Shown: positions 46,389 through 56,566 of the stretch, in pieces
How the letters are laid out: each line of letters begins with the position of its first letter
How positions within the stretch are numbered: the first letter of the stretch is position 1
Source: an uncultured virus (IMG/VR IMGVR_UViG_3300030106_002968)
Taxonomy: Duplodnaviria; Heunggongvirae; Uroviricota; Caudoviricetes
Direction: 5' to 3' (one strand)
Virus record (IMG/VR): IMGVR_UViG_3300030106_002968
DNA length: 64,000 bases
Position numbers and translations under genes: made by a program
Notes under the pieces: generated by a model
Seen by the model: the letters and a program-made list of their open reading frames with translations, nothing else
Told to the model about the DNA's origin: nothing
Database searches by the model: none

Positions 46389-47207
46389 ATGGAAATTCAA
46401 GTTAAAGTAGATGAGCTGAAAAAACACAAAGTCTTTATTGCTACACCAATGTATGGTGGCATGGCACACGGTCTGTACATTAAATCATGTTTAGACTTAC
46501 AAGCAACATTAAACAGGTATGGTGTAGAATCTAAATTTTCATTTCTGTTTAATGAATCATTAATTACAAGAGCAAGAAATTATTTGGTAGATGAGTTTTT
46601 AAGAACAGAGGGTTTTACTCATTTACTTTTTATTGATTCAGATATACATTATAACCCACAAGATATTATAGCTTTGTTAGCAATGAACAAAGAAGTATCT
46701 GGTGGGCCTTATCCAAAGAAATCAATCAATTGGGGTAATATAGCTCATGCAGCTAGAAATCACCCCGACTTAGATCCTAAAGAGCTTGAAGGATTAGTTG
46801 GTGAGTATGTGTTCAATGTAGTGAAAGGAACTCAACAATTCCAAGTTACAGATCCATTAGAAGTAATGGAAATTGGAACTGGTTTCATGTTAGTTCAACG
46901 TCAAGTATTTGACAAAATGAGAGAAGCATACCCTATGATTAAGTATAAACCAGACCATGTAGGTCAGGCACACTTTGATGGCTCGAGGTACATTCATGCT
47001 TATTTTGATACTGTTATTGATGATAAAGATAGTATCACAGGCGGTGGTTCAGAGAGGTATTTAAGTGAAGATTATATGTTCTGCCAAATGTGGCGTAAGA
47101 TAGGTGGTAAAGTATTCTTATGCCCTTGGATGAAAACACAACACATTGGCACTTACGCATTTTCTGGTAATATGCCATCTGTTGCACAATATACCGGTAG
47201 GCTATGA
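46389..47207 (+). CDS. GT-A-fold glycosyltransferase-like protein
   Basis: IATPMYGG, ESLITRARN, HLLFIDSDI (DxD), GGPYPKK, GTGFML, YLSEDY.FC. Confidence 0.78.
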   Translation: MEIQVKVDELKKHKVFIATPMYGGMAHGLYIKSCLDLQATLNRYGVESKFSFLFNESLITRARNYLVDEFLRTEGFTHLLFIDSDIHYNPQDIIALLAMNKEVSGGPYPKKSINWGNIAHAARNHPDLDPKELEGLVGEYVFNVVKGTQQFQVTDPLEVMEIGTGFMLVQRQVFDKMREAYPMIKYKPDHVGQAHFDGSRYIHAYFDTVIDDKDSITGGGSERYLSEDYMFCQMWRKIGGKVFLCPWMKTQHIGTYAFSGNMPSVAQYTGRL

Positions 47208-47497
47208 AACAAATAGAGTACAAATATAATGAAGGTGAATTGATTGATGAGTTGAGAAAGTATATCAATCAAACATATAGTGAGCATTATTCAAAAGATA
47301 AGTTTCAGGCAACTGAATTTATTATTGATAGTGGTCATGGAGAAGGATTCTGTATAGGTAACATTATGAAGTATGCACAAAGATACGGCAAAAAAGGCGG
47401 ATATAATAGACAAGACCTTTTAAAAGTGTTACACTATGGAATAATAGCAATACATAATCACGATTTGACTAGAGGAAATGATAATGAAACTAAGTGA
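47204..47497 (+). CDS. DUF3310-like protein (nucleotide kinase/hydrolase-like)
   Basis: HY...GFCIGNIMKYAQRYGKK...DLLKVLHY. Confidence 0.75.
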   Translation: MKQIEYKYNEGELIDELRKYINQTYSEHYSKDKFQATEFIIDSGHGEGFCIGNIMKYAQRYGKKGGYNRQDLLKVLHYGIIAIHNHDLTRGNDNETK

Positions 47498-48173
47498 TAA
47501 AACGCTAGGCGTTCTAAAAAATTATGCAAACATCAATCAGGGTTTAATGTTTAAGAAAGGTAAAGTTCTCAAGACTGTATCTTCTCACAAAAACATTTTA
47601 TCTGAGGCCACAATATCAGAAGATATACCGGCTGATTTTGGTGTATACGATCTCAATAACTTTTTATCAGTTGTGTCTTTAGACCAAGACAATCCTGATT
47701 TTCAGTTTGATGACAAACACGTTGTCATTGTTGGTAAGAAAGGTCGTTCAAGTATCAAGTATCGGTTCTGCGAACCGACCATGATTGTTCTCCCACCAGA
47801 GAAAGATTTTGTGATGCCTGCACCTGAGATTAAGTTTAAATTATCAGCTGATGATTTTAAATTCATACATGATGCGAGTGCAGGTTTAAATTCACCACAT
47901 ATTGCTGTTGAATCTGATGGCATTACAGTTGATATGGTAACATTCAATACTCAAGATGATAGTGCTCACAGAGGTAAATTAGAGATTGCAAAAGGTGATG
48001 GTAATAAGTATCGTATGATATTTAAAACTGAGAACCTTATGAAGGTGATGAAAGGTAACTATGGCGTATCAATATCCTCAAAGGGTGTTTCAGAGTTTAA
48101 GAATAAAGATATACTTTTGACTTACTGGATATCTACTGAAACTGGTAGTAAATTTGAGGCGAAAGGTGAATAA
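47484..48173 (+). CDS. gp45: Sliding clamp gp45
   Basis: MKLSDKTL.VLKNYA.INQ, FGVYDLNNFL, FKTENL. Confidence 0.93.
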   Translation: MKLSDKTLGVLKNYANINQGLMFKKGKVLKTVSSHKNILSEATISEDIPADFGVYDLNNFLSVVSLDQDNPDFQFDDKHVVIVGKKGRSSIKYRFCEPTMIVLPPEKDFVMPAPEIKFKLSADDFKFIHDASAGLNSPHIAVESDGITVDMVTFNTQDDSAHRGKLEIAKGDGNKYRMIFKTENLMKVMKGNYGVSISSKGVSEFKNKDILLTYWISTETGSKFEAKGE

Positions 48174-48469
48174 TGGCTACATTTAGAAAGTTCAAAAATG
48201 CTTTCAAAGGTAATATGACTGATGAAATATGGATTAATATTGACCATATCATATCAGTTTTTGAGTCTCTTAGCACAGACAATGAAACAAATGAGATGGA
48301 AACATCTGTTACATTATTTTCAAAAGATGGTATGAGTTGGCAGGTGAAAGAACCAATTAGTGAGGTGTCAAGAAAACTAAGTGGTGAGCCAGTTCAAGAT
48401 GGTATGGCTACACATTATCAACAGCGTGTATCTGATGCCAAAAAAATTGATGATTTAACTAAAACTTGA
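48173..48469 (+). CDS. Hypothetical protein
   Basis: 98-aa ORF coupled to gp45. Confidence 0.65.
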   Translation: MATFRKFKNAFKGNMTDEIWINIDHIISVFESLSTDNETNEMETSVTLFSKDGMSWQVKEPISEVSRKLSGEPVQDGMATHYQQRVSDAKKIDDLTKT

Positions 48470-48496
48470 TTATGATTTATTTTGTGAGGAGTTCCC

Positions 48497-49429
48497 ATGG
48501 AACATTTATTATGGACAGAGAAGTATCGGCCACAGGCCGTTGGAGATTGCATACTACCTGATAGACTCAAGAAGCCTTTTCAAGAGTATGTAGATGAAAG
48601 TAACATACCAAATCTATTATTAAGTGGTGGTGCAGGCGTTGGTAAGACGACCATTGCAAAGGCCATGTGTAATGAGATTGGTTGTGATTCACTTGTCATT
48701 AATGGTTCTGATGAATCAGGTATTGACACCTTTCGTGTAAAGATAAAGAATTATGCCTCATCAGTTAGTTTAGCTGGTGGACGCAAGGTCATCATCATAG
48801 ATGAGGCAGATTATCTCAACCCCAATTCAACTCAACCTGCTTTGCGTAATGCAATAGAAGAGTTTGCAGGTAATTGTTCATTTATCTTTACTTGTAATTT
48901 CAAAAATCGTATCATAGATCCTTTACATTCAAGGTGTGCTGTTGTGGACTTTACACTACGAAATGGTGAAAAAGCCAAGATGGCATCCGCCTTCATGAAA
49001 AGAATTACAAAAATACTCATGGATGAGTCTGTTGAGTATGACGATAAAGTGATTGTTGAACTTATCAAGAAGCACTTTCCGGATTTTCGTAGAGTGATTA
49101 ATGAACTGCAAAGATACTCAAAGTTTGGTAAGATTGATGTTGGTATTCTATCACAACTTGGTGATGTACCAATTGAGAAGATTGTGGGTCATATCAAAGA
49201 TAAGAACTTTGGTGAAGTTAGAAAGTGGGTCGCTACCAATGATGTAGATTCAAATACACTCTTTCGTAAGTTGTATGATGCACTCTATGAGAAGTTAAAA
49301 TCACATTCAATACCAAAAGCAGTTTTGATACTGGCTGATTATCAATACAAGGCTGCCTTTGTTGCAGACCAAGAGATTAATACAGTTGCTTGTTTAACTG
49401 AACTCATGGTTGAGTGTGATTTTCAATGA
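48497..49429 (+). CDS. gp44: Clamp loader large subunit gp44
   Basis: WTEKYRP, GAGVGKTT, IIDEAD, SRC motif. Confidence 0.96.
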   Translation: MEHLLWTEKYRPQAVGDCILPDRLKKPFQEYVDESNIPNLLLSGGAGVGKTTIAKAMCNEIGCDSLVINGSDESGIDTFRVKIKNYASSVSLAGGRKVIIIDEADYLNPNSTQPALRNAIEEFAGNCSFIFTCNFKNRIIDPLHSRCAVVDFTLRNGEKAKMASAFMKRITKILMDESVEYDDKVIVELIKKHFPDFRRVINELQRYSKFGKIDVGILSQLGDVPIEKIVGHIKDKNFGEVRKWVATNDVDSNTLFRKLYDALYEKLKSHSIPKAVLILADYQYKAAFVADQEINTVACLTELMVECDFQ

Positions 49430-49707
49430 TCTATGATATTATAGATTGGATAAGGCGAGACTATAAAGTAAATAGATTTCGTTTCATCGTAGAACTTACC
49501 GCATGGTTGATGAGTATTGGTTGTACCATTCTCATGGCCGCTACAGTTCCAAATCCACCATTTCTACTACTTTACCCCTTGTTCATCATACAATGTAGTA
49601 TGCTCGCTTGGGCTGCACACTCAAGAAATAGCACAGGTATGTTTGCTAATTATATGTTAATTACAATTATAGATATAGTTGCATTGATAAGGTTATTAAC
49701 GATATGA
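49426..49707 (+). CDS. Small membrane protein
   Basis: 93 aa with about three hydrophobic segments. Confidence 0.65.
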   Translation: MIYDIIDWIRRDYKVNRFRFIVELTAWLMSIGCTILMAATVPNPPFLLLYPLFIIQCSMLAWAAHSRNSTGMFANYMLITIIDIVALIRLLTI

Positions 49708-50165
49708 TAGAATTTGATTATAATATAGACTATAAAAATACATACTTCAGACCAAACGATAGTAGATATCGTATTGGCAGAGGTGAACAAGGTGTGTTAC
49801 TGGTTCGACCGTATACAGATGTTATATGTCAACATTGGAAGTTTAAGACACCAGTAATCGCTGAAGAAAGTGCCAATAAAATATATAAGTTGTATGAAGT
49901 CTATAAAGAAGAAAAAGATTTTGTTGGTATGGATATGTGTCGCAAGTTTCTTGAGATGGGTTTTACGAGAGCTAGACGATATGCAAATCACCGAGATGGT
50001 AAAAAATATGATGAAGATGGTAGTATCAAACCACAGGAACCAGATGCTCTCACTTGTGATAAGGCTGTATCAGCTAGAATATTTAAAGAGTGGAGAGATA
50101 GAGTAACTGCCGATGATGTATACCAGACTATGAGAAAAGAATGGAGATTAAATGAGTCCCTTTGA
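49704..50165 (+). CDS. DUF4385-like protein
   Basis: YRIGRGEQGVLLVRPY, HWKFKTP, DFVGMDMCRKFLEMGFTRARRYANH. Confidence 0.8.
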   Translation: MIEFDYNIDYKNTYFRPNDSRYRIGRGEQGVLLVRPYTDVICQHWKFKTPVIAEESANKIYKLYEVYKEEKDFVGMDMCRKFLEMGFTRARRYANHRDGKKYDEDGSIKPQEPDALTCDKAVSARIFKEWRDRVTADDVYQTMRKEWRLNESL

Positions 50166-50535
50166 TTTTGTAAAACAGATACTACAAGGTAAGAAACAAC
50201 TTATCGTTGATGATGTTACAGAAAAAGAATATGTACCATTTCTGGTAAATCGTTCTTTGAGTTACCACAAAGATTGTGTGCTCTTTGCAAATGAGATAAA
50301 CCAGAGGCATTTCATAGACAAAAAGATGCAGAATGACTTTTTACTAAATACAGTTAGATCACAAAGAAGAACTTTTGCTAAGTGGTTGAAACCGGAGAAA
50401 CGTGAGAATGTGGACTATATAAAGATTCTTTATAATATGTCAGAAGCAAAAGCACAAGAAGCTCTCAGAATACTCCCAAAAGAACAACTAGAAGAACTGA
50501 AAGGCATGGCCGACACCGGCGGCACGAAAAGATAA
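50152..50535 (+). CDS. gp62: Clamp loader small subunit gp62
   Basis: PFLVNRSLS...FANEIN, Q.DFLLN.VR, KA.EAL.IL. Confidence 0.9.
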   Translation: MSPFDFVKQILQGKKQLIVDDVTEKEYVPFLVNRSLSYHKDCVLFANEINQRHFIDKKMQNDFLLNTVRSQRRTFAKWLKPEKRENVDYIKILYNMSEAKAQEALRILPKEQLEELKGMADTGGTKR

Positions 50536-50943
50536 ATGGTAGACTTAACGAATTTTATAGAAGTTACACTCAATGAACAGGACGATTTCCTGAAAGTGAG
50601 AGAGACTCTCACAAGAATTGGTGTATCTTCCAGAAAAGAAAAAGTATTGTATCAATCCTGCCACATATTACACAAGCAGGGAAAATATTACATTGTACAT
50701 TTTAAAGAATTGTTTGCACTAGATGGTAAGCCATCTAATATATCAGAGAATGATATACAAAGAAGAAATGCAATAGCTAAATTATTGGAAGAGTGGGGAT
50801 TGCTTAAGGTTGCCAATATGGACCGAATTGGTAATAATGTTGCCCCATTACACCAAATTAAGATTATATCTTTCAAGGAGAAAGATGACTGGGATTTAGT
50901 GGCGAAATACAACATCGGAAAGAAAGCCGAAGAGGTTTCGTAA
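50536..50943 (+). CDS. regA: Translational repressor RegA
   Basis: DDFLKVRETLTRIG, LYQSCHILHKQGKYYIVHFKELFALDG. Confidence 0.97.
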   Translation: MVDLTNFIEVTLNEQDDFLKVRETLTRIGVSSRKEKVLYQSCHILHKQGKYYIVHFKELFALDGKPSNISENDIQRRNAIAKLLEEWGLLKVANMDRIGNNVAPLHQIKIISFKEKDDWDLVAKYNIGKKAEEVS

Positions 50944-51004
50944 CTAAATAAAGGTGACGCCGAAAGGGTCACAATTGTTTAACTTGCTTAAAAGGAGATT
51001 TAAA
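50943..51004 (+). promoter_or_regulatory. Late promoter plus structured hsp20 leader (ROSE-like thermometer candidate)
   Basis: ACTAAATA; hairpin GTGAC-G-CC-GAAA-GG-GTCAC; CTTGCT-TAAA-AGGAG pairing over the SD. Confidence 0.55.
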
Positions 51005-51487
51005 ATGGTAGAGTTCGCTTTCGGGCCACACTTGGCTCATTCTACACTCGGTTTTGAAAGAATATTTAACGACTTGGATAAAGTGTTAAATGACCGACAA
51101 CAACAATCAACATTTCCACCACACAACATACTCAAGATCGACAAAGATCATTATGTCGTTGAGCTTGCCGTTGCTGGTTTTGGTAAAGATGAGATTGATA
51201 TTACAGTAGAAGATAATGTCCTTATCATTAAGGGTGTGAAGAAAGAGAAAGACGTAGAAGGTGTTCAATATATCCACAAGGGTATAGGCACACGTTCATT
51301 TACTAAAACTCTTACAGTAGCTGATACTTTAGAAGTAAAAGGTGCTGAATTTAATAATGGTATTTTAAGAGTTGGTCTTGTGAATGTAGTACCAGACCAC
51401 AAAAAGCCAAGAAAAGTTGAAATTGGTAAAAACTTAAACTTACTTGAGCCTAAGCTTCTTCAAGAAAAAGCTGAGGTTGAGAAGTAA
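51005..51487 (+). CDS. hsp20: Small heat-shock protein Hsp20 (IbpA-like)
   Basis: FPPHNI, ELAVAGF, HKGIGTRSF, A.FNNGIL; ATG at 51005 after AAGGAG. Confidence 0.95.
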   Translation: MVEFAFGPHLAHSTLGFERIFNDLDKVLNDRQQQSTFPPHNILKIDKDHYVVELAVAGFGKDEIDITVEDNVLIIKGVKKEKDVEGVQYIHKGIGTRSFTKTLTVADTLEVKGAEFNNGILRVGLVNVVPDHKKPRKVEIGKNLNLLEPKLLQEKAEVEK

Positions 51488-51515
51488 GGGAGTGAGGCCA
51501 TGAGCCTCACTTCTT
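51487..51515 (+). terminator. Hairpin after hsp20 (terminator/stabiliser)
   Basis: AGTGAGGC-catga-GCCTCACT with a weak U tail. Confidence 0.55.
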
Positions 51516-51531
51516 AAATGGAGATTACATT

Positions 51532-51693
51532 ATGCTAACAAAAAAACCAAATGAGAATTATAAAATGTCTAAATTAGGTAAGACATTTCTTGCTAACTTA
51601 GATGGTGAAAAGAGAACACTATACAAACAAATGATCATACAAGCCGATAATAGTTATGGTATTGAACGTAAAAAAAAGAAAGAAACTAAGTGA
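51532..51693 (+). CDS. Small basic protein (53 aa, not in the ORF track)
   Basis: GGAG RBS; MLTKKPNENYKMSKLGKTFLANLDGEKRTLYKQMIIQADNSYGIERKKKKETK; stop overlaps the next GTG. Confidence 0.7.
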   Translation: MLTKKPNENYKMSKLGKTFLANLDGEKRTLYKQMIIQADNSYGIERKKKKETK

Positions 51694-52490
51694 GTGCTTG
51701 TTTATTTCCGCATTTTCATAAACCTTTCCCATACAACCAAGAATCAACTTGGATAAAACCTTGTTATGTTGATGATGTAGAGATTGGTAATAACTCTATT
51801 CATATTGACTGGATTTTTGATGACTTGTATCAATATTATCATGCTGAGGGTGTTTCAAAAGAGGACTTTCTAAGGGCCTTTGGCCAACAATCGACAGAGT
51901 ATTATCTTTTAAAAAATCCACCAGACGTAGACTATATTGGTTGTGTAACATATAGGCGTATGTTATGTTTTGTACCAGAGATACCTGTATATGAAAATCA
52001 AATCAATTTACCAGCAAATGAAGCATTAAAATTAGGCACAGAACAAGAGAGAAAAATTTTAACTCATTATATGCACTTCAATGATGTCATTACAAATCGG
52101 TCAACTTTTTTACCTGGTTCTGTATCACAACAATATCTTGAATCACAACCACCAGAATATTGGTGGTTATTTCACAAAGCAATTCAAGATTTATTTCCAC
52201 ATTACGACAAATATTCTTTACATTGGTTTGATGAGAGTGTCATACCATTTACAACAAATTATTTTTTTAGAAAAGAATTGTTTTTAAGGTATGCCTCAGA
52301 ACTCTTCCAGATACTTGAATACATATACCAGAATTGCTCTAAAGTATATCCAGTAAAAAAATCAAGTGATAATTTCTCAGAGATTTACCCTTGGCGATAT
52401 CCTGGTTTTATTGGTGAAAGATTTTTAGGGTTTTTTATAAATGCAAATAAATTAAATAAATTAGAAGTACCTTTGATATTTTTACAATAG
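51690..52490 (+). CDS. DUF4422-like glycosyltransferase-related protein
   Basis: DYIGCVTYRR, N.F.FRKELFLRY...LF.IL, RYPGFIGERFL. Confidence 0.7.
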   Translation: MSACLFPHFHKPFPYNQESTWIKPCYVDDVEIGNNSIHIDWIFDDLYQYYHAEGVSKEDFLRAFGQQSTEYYLLKNPPDVDYIGCVTYRRMLCFVPEIPVYENQINLPANEALKLGTEQERKILTHYMHFNDVITNRSTFLPGSVSQQYLESQPPEYWWLFHKAIQDLFPHYDKYSLHWFDESVIPFTTNYFFRKELFLRYASELFQILEYIYQNCSKVYPVKKSSDNFSEIYPWRYPGFIGERFLGFFINANKLNKLEVPLIFLQ

Positions 52491-52498
52491 GAGAAACA

Positions 52499-52963
52499 AT
52501 GAAACTATCAAATAATTTTTCGCTGAGAGAGATGACCAAAAGTCAAACGGCGACCCGAAAAGGTATTGATAATGTGCCGGGTGATTTAGAGGAAGCTAAT
52601 CTACAACAACTATGTGAACAGGTCCTACAAAAAGTTAGAGATCATTTTGGTAAACCAGTTACAGTAACATCTGGTTACAGAAGTCCAGAACTAAACGAAG
52701 CAATCGGTGGTTCTACAACATCAGACCATTGCAAAGGCATGGCGGCCGATATAGAAATTGCAGGTGTGCCAAATCATGAACTTGCTGAATGGATTAGAGA
52801 CAACTGTGAGTTTAGACAACTTATACTTGAGTTCTATACACCAGGCATACCTGATTCTGGTTGGGTTCATGTATCATATAATTATGAAGAGAATGAAAAG
52901 AAAGTAATGACCGCTATGAAAGAAAATGGTAGAACTGTTTATAAGGTTGGCTTAATTGCATAG
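52499..52963 (+). CDS. Peptidase M15A (probable endolysin)
   Basis: LSNNFSL.E, SGYRSPELN.AIGGS..SDH..G.AAD, WVHVS. Confidence 0.9.
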   Translation: MKLSNNFSLREMTKSQTATRKGIDNVPGDLEEANLQQLCEQVLQKVRDHFGKPVTVTSGYRSPELNEAIGGSTTSDHCKGMAADIEIAGVPNHELAEWIRDNCEFRQLILEFYTPGIPDSGWVHVSYNYEENEKKVMTAMKENGRTVYKVGLIA

Positions 52964-53562
52964 TGGATTTCAGAAATGATTATGAGATTTGGGAACAAAT
53001 ACCTTGGAAACATTTGTGGGTATATGATAAACTTATACTCTCAAAAAAATTAGGCTATCTTTGTGGCCCATCTGGTATTACTGTACCAAGACCAGATGAA
53101 TATGTAGTAAGACCAATTACAAATCTACAAATGATGAGTGTTGGTGCAAGTTTAGAATGGTTAGAGCCTGGCGATCAAGTGAAACCAGGATATTTTTGGT
53201 GTCAAAAGTTCACAGGTGAACATATTACAGTAGACTACTTTTATGGTAAACAAGATACAACAGCAAAAGGATTCCCCAGGGAAGGCAGAATAGACCGTTT
53301 TGATAAATGGGAACTCATAGACAGAGAGATACCATTTCCAGAAAAGCTTGGTCTGTTATGGAACTGGATGCCTTGGATTAATATTGAGATGATTGGTGGT
53401 AATGTGATAGAGGTACATTTTCGTTATAATGATGACTTTAGAAATCACAACGGCAAAGTGATTTATCCAGTATGGAAAGATGAAGATTTGCCCCAACCTG
53501 AAGGTTCGATATGGTATAATAGTCCTTGTCAAGATAGATTAGGATTTTGGGTTATAGAATGA
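52963..53562 (+). CDS. Hypothetical protein, ATP-grasp-like
   Basis: YVVRP, FWCQKFTGEHITVDY, INIEMIGGNVIEVHFR resemble ATP-grasp strands. Confidence 0.5.
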   Translation: MDFRNDYEIWEQIPWKHLWVYDKLILSKKLGYLCGPSGITVPRPDEYVVRPITNLQMMSVGASLEWLEPGDQVKPGYFWCQKFTGEHITVDYFYGKQDTTAKGFPREGRIDRFDKWELIDREIPFPEKLGLLWNWMPWINIEMIGGNVIEVHFRYNDDFRNHNGKVIYPVWKDEDLPQPEGSIWYNSPCQDRLGFWVIE

Positions 53563-53810
53563 AAAAAAGTAAAGAACTTATGGACAACATTACATATAAA
53601 ATTAGAAATAGAGATGAAATCTCTGAGCAGTTAATTTATATTAAAGTATTAACAAGTGAAGCAAAAAGAATTAGAAAATTTATTAACAAAGAGGAGAAAG
53701 ATGGCAAACACGGGCTCGGCCACCTCAAGACAACGGCAGGTGTGTTAGAAGAGAGGGTTGAGGTTTTGAAACAAAAGTTGTATAATGTAGATTTAGGAGA
53801 TTTACTATGA
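53559..53810 (+). CDS. Hypothetical protein
   Basis: ATG at 53559 overlapping the previous stop; GHLKTTAGVLEERV motif. Confidence 0.6.
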   Translation: MKKSKELMDNITYKIRNRDEISEQLIYIKVLTSEAKRIRKFINKEEKDGKHGLGHLKTTAGVLEERVEVLKQKLYNVDLGDLL

Positions 53811-54052
53811 GAAAGAAGTGGCGACCAAACCCTAGACAGGAGTTTGCTAAGCAAGTGGCTACAGAGTATAGATTACCTAGAGCCGAAAGATACGATATTG
53901 TCAGTAGAGACTTTGACAATAAAGTTGAAGTGATTGGATATGTTCAAGACCCAACTAAAGATATGAATGACTTTAGAGGTCGTGAAATGTTATTTCCGAA
54001 AAGATGGGTCACCTTAGGTGTTTTTTCAAATACACTTAAAGTATCCTCTTAA
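53807..54052 (+). CDS. Hypothetical protein
   Basis: 81-aa ORF with AGGAG RBS, coupled to gp43. Confidence 0.65.
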   Translation: MRKKWRPNPRQEFAKQVATEYRLPRAERYDIVSRDFDNKVEVIGYVQDPTKDMNDFRGREMLFPKRWVTLGVFSNTLKVSS

Positions 54053-56566
54053 TGTCTAAGCATTACACAAATGTTTTATGTCAAGGCAATTACATACTTT
54101 ATCGTGGCGTCAATAACGGTAAGAAAGTAAAAGGTAAAGTAANNNNNNNNNNTTCTCAGGTCTAAAGGCTCAAAAAGTGATTGGCATGGTATTCACGGTG
54201 AGTCTTTAGATGCAATGAGATTTGAGTCCATTCGGGCTGCAAAAGATTTCCAAAGAAAATATAAAGACGTAGATAACTTTGATATCTATGGTATGGATCG
54301 TTTTGAGTATGCCTTCATTGCTGATGAGTTTAAGGGTCAGATAGAATGGGATATTAAAAACATCAACATATCAATTATTGATATTGAAGTGAGTTCAGAG
54401 TATGGTTTTCCTGACCCATATGAGGCACGGGCACCAATCACAGCCATTTGTATTCGTGAGTTGAATGGTAACTCAGTTGTATTTGGTTGTGGTGACTATG
54501 ATTGTCCAGAAAATGTTAGATACATCAAGTGTGCTGAAGAAAAAGATTTATGTAAACAGTTTCTAAGATATTGGCAACAAGATTACCCTGATATTATTTC
54601 TGGCTGGAATACAAACTTCTTTGATATACCTTATATCATTAATCGTTTTCGTATGTTGTTTGGTGAAGAGTATGCAAAGAAGCTTTCACCTTGGAATAAT
54701 ATATGGGAAAGAAAAGTTATTCTAAATGGTCGTGAGTTAATCTCATATCATTTATCGGGTATCAACTCACTAGACTATATTGAACTGTACAAATGGTATG
54801 CGCCAGGTGGTAAGTCTCAAGAATCATACAAGTTAGATGCAATCGCAAACGTAGAACTTGGTGAAAGAAAGTTATCATATGATGAGTATGATAGTCTGCA
54901 TAATCTTTATCAAGAGAACTACCAAAAGTTTATTGATTATAATATCAAAGACGTTGACTTGATAATCAAACTAGAAGATAAACTGAAGTTAATTGAAATG
55001 GCAATCACTCTAGCTTATGATACTAAGTCTAACTTTGAAGATGTGTTTGCACAAACTAGAATGTGGGACTCTCTGATATATAATCATCTATTACCAAAAA
55101 AGATTATTGTGCCACCTAAGAAATTCAAAAAGAAGGTGGCAGCTTTTGAAGGTGCTTATGTAAAAGAACCTCAAGTTGGTATGCACGACTGGGTTGCATC
55201 ATTTGACTTGAACAGTTTGTATCCACATTTATTGATTATGTACAACATTAGTCCAGAAACAATTGTAAGTAGTGATGATTATACAAGAGATATGCAAGAA
55301 GTATTAATGCAAGAAATCAATGTAGAGTCATTGCTTGACCAAAAGATTGATACAAAGAAATTGAATGGTGTAACACTTACACCAAATGGCCAGTTTTTCA
55401 GAACTGATAAGCAAGGTTTCTTACCAAAAATGATGGAAGAAATGTATGAAGATCGTAAGAAGTTTAAGAAGCAAATGATACAGGCACAAAAAGATTATGA
55501 AAAGAAACCAAGTAAAGATTTAGAAAAACTTATATCAAAACTAAACAATCTACAACTTGCAAAGAAAGTATCACTAAACTCTGCTTATGGTGCATTAGGT
55601 TCACAATACTTTAGATTCTATGACCTACGACAGGCACTTGCAGTTACTTTAGCTGGTCAATTATCTATTCGTTGGATAGAAAACAAACTAAACAAATATC
55701 TAAATGACTTACTTAAAACAGAGGAAGATTATGTTGTTGCTTCAGATACAGATTCAATTTATCTCAGGCTTGGTGGTCTTGTTGATAAAGTTTTTGAGGG
55801 TAAACCATCAACTGACGAGGCAATCAAATTCATGGATAAAGTCTGTGATGGAAAAATTCAATCTTTTATTGATAAGAGTTATAAGGATCTTGCTGACTAT
55901 ATTCATGCGTATGACCAAAAGATGGTAATGAAACGTGAAGTATTGGCAGATAAAGGTCTATGGACTGCTAAGAAGAGATATGTTTTAAATGTGCATGATA
56001 GTGAGGGTGTCAGATATTCGACACCTAAACTAAAGATTATGGGTCTTGAGATGATTAAGTCCTCAACGCCTTATGCGATTCGTCAAAAGATGAAACAACT
56101 CACTAAGATTATTGTTACAAAAGGTGAAGATGAAGTTCAAGGGTTTATCGCACAGTTCAAAGAAGAGTTTAAGAATTTACCAGCAGAGGAGATATCTTTT
56201 CCTCGTGGTGTAAACGGCATGAAAACGTATTCAGACCCAGCTACAATCTATAAGAAGGGTACACCAATTCATGTAAAAGGCGCCTTAATATATAATCATC
56301 ATGTAAAAAGATTAGGTTTAGAGAAAAAACATCCTATGATACAAGATGGTGAAAAACTAAAGTTTACATATCTTAAACAACCTAATCCCATGAAAGATAG
56401 TGTTATATCTTTCCCAACAAGAATACCAAAAGAATTTGAATTGCAAAAATATATTGATTATGATATACAATTTCAAAAAGGTTTTATAGAACCAATTAAG
56501 TTTATACTTGAATGTATTCGCTGGGAAATAGAAAAGAAAAATACATTGGAGAGTTTCTTTGAGTGA
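54052..56566 (+). CDS. gp43: Family B DNA polymerase gp43 (start 54052; N gap at 54143-54152)
   Basis: MSKHYTNV..GNYILYRG before the gap; exonuclease DIE, SFDLNSLYP, KVSLNSAYG, SDTDS. Confidence 0.96.
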
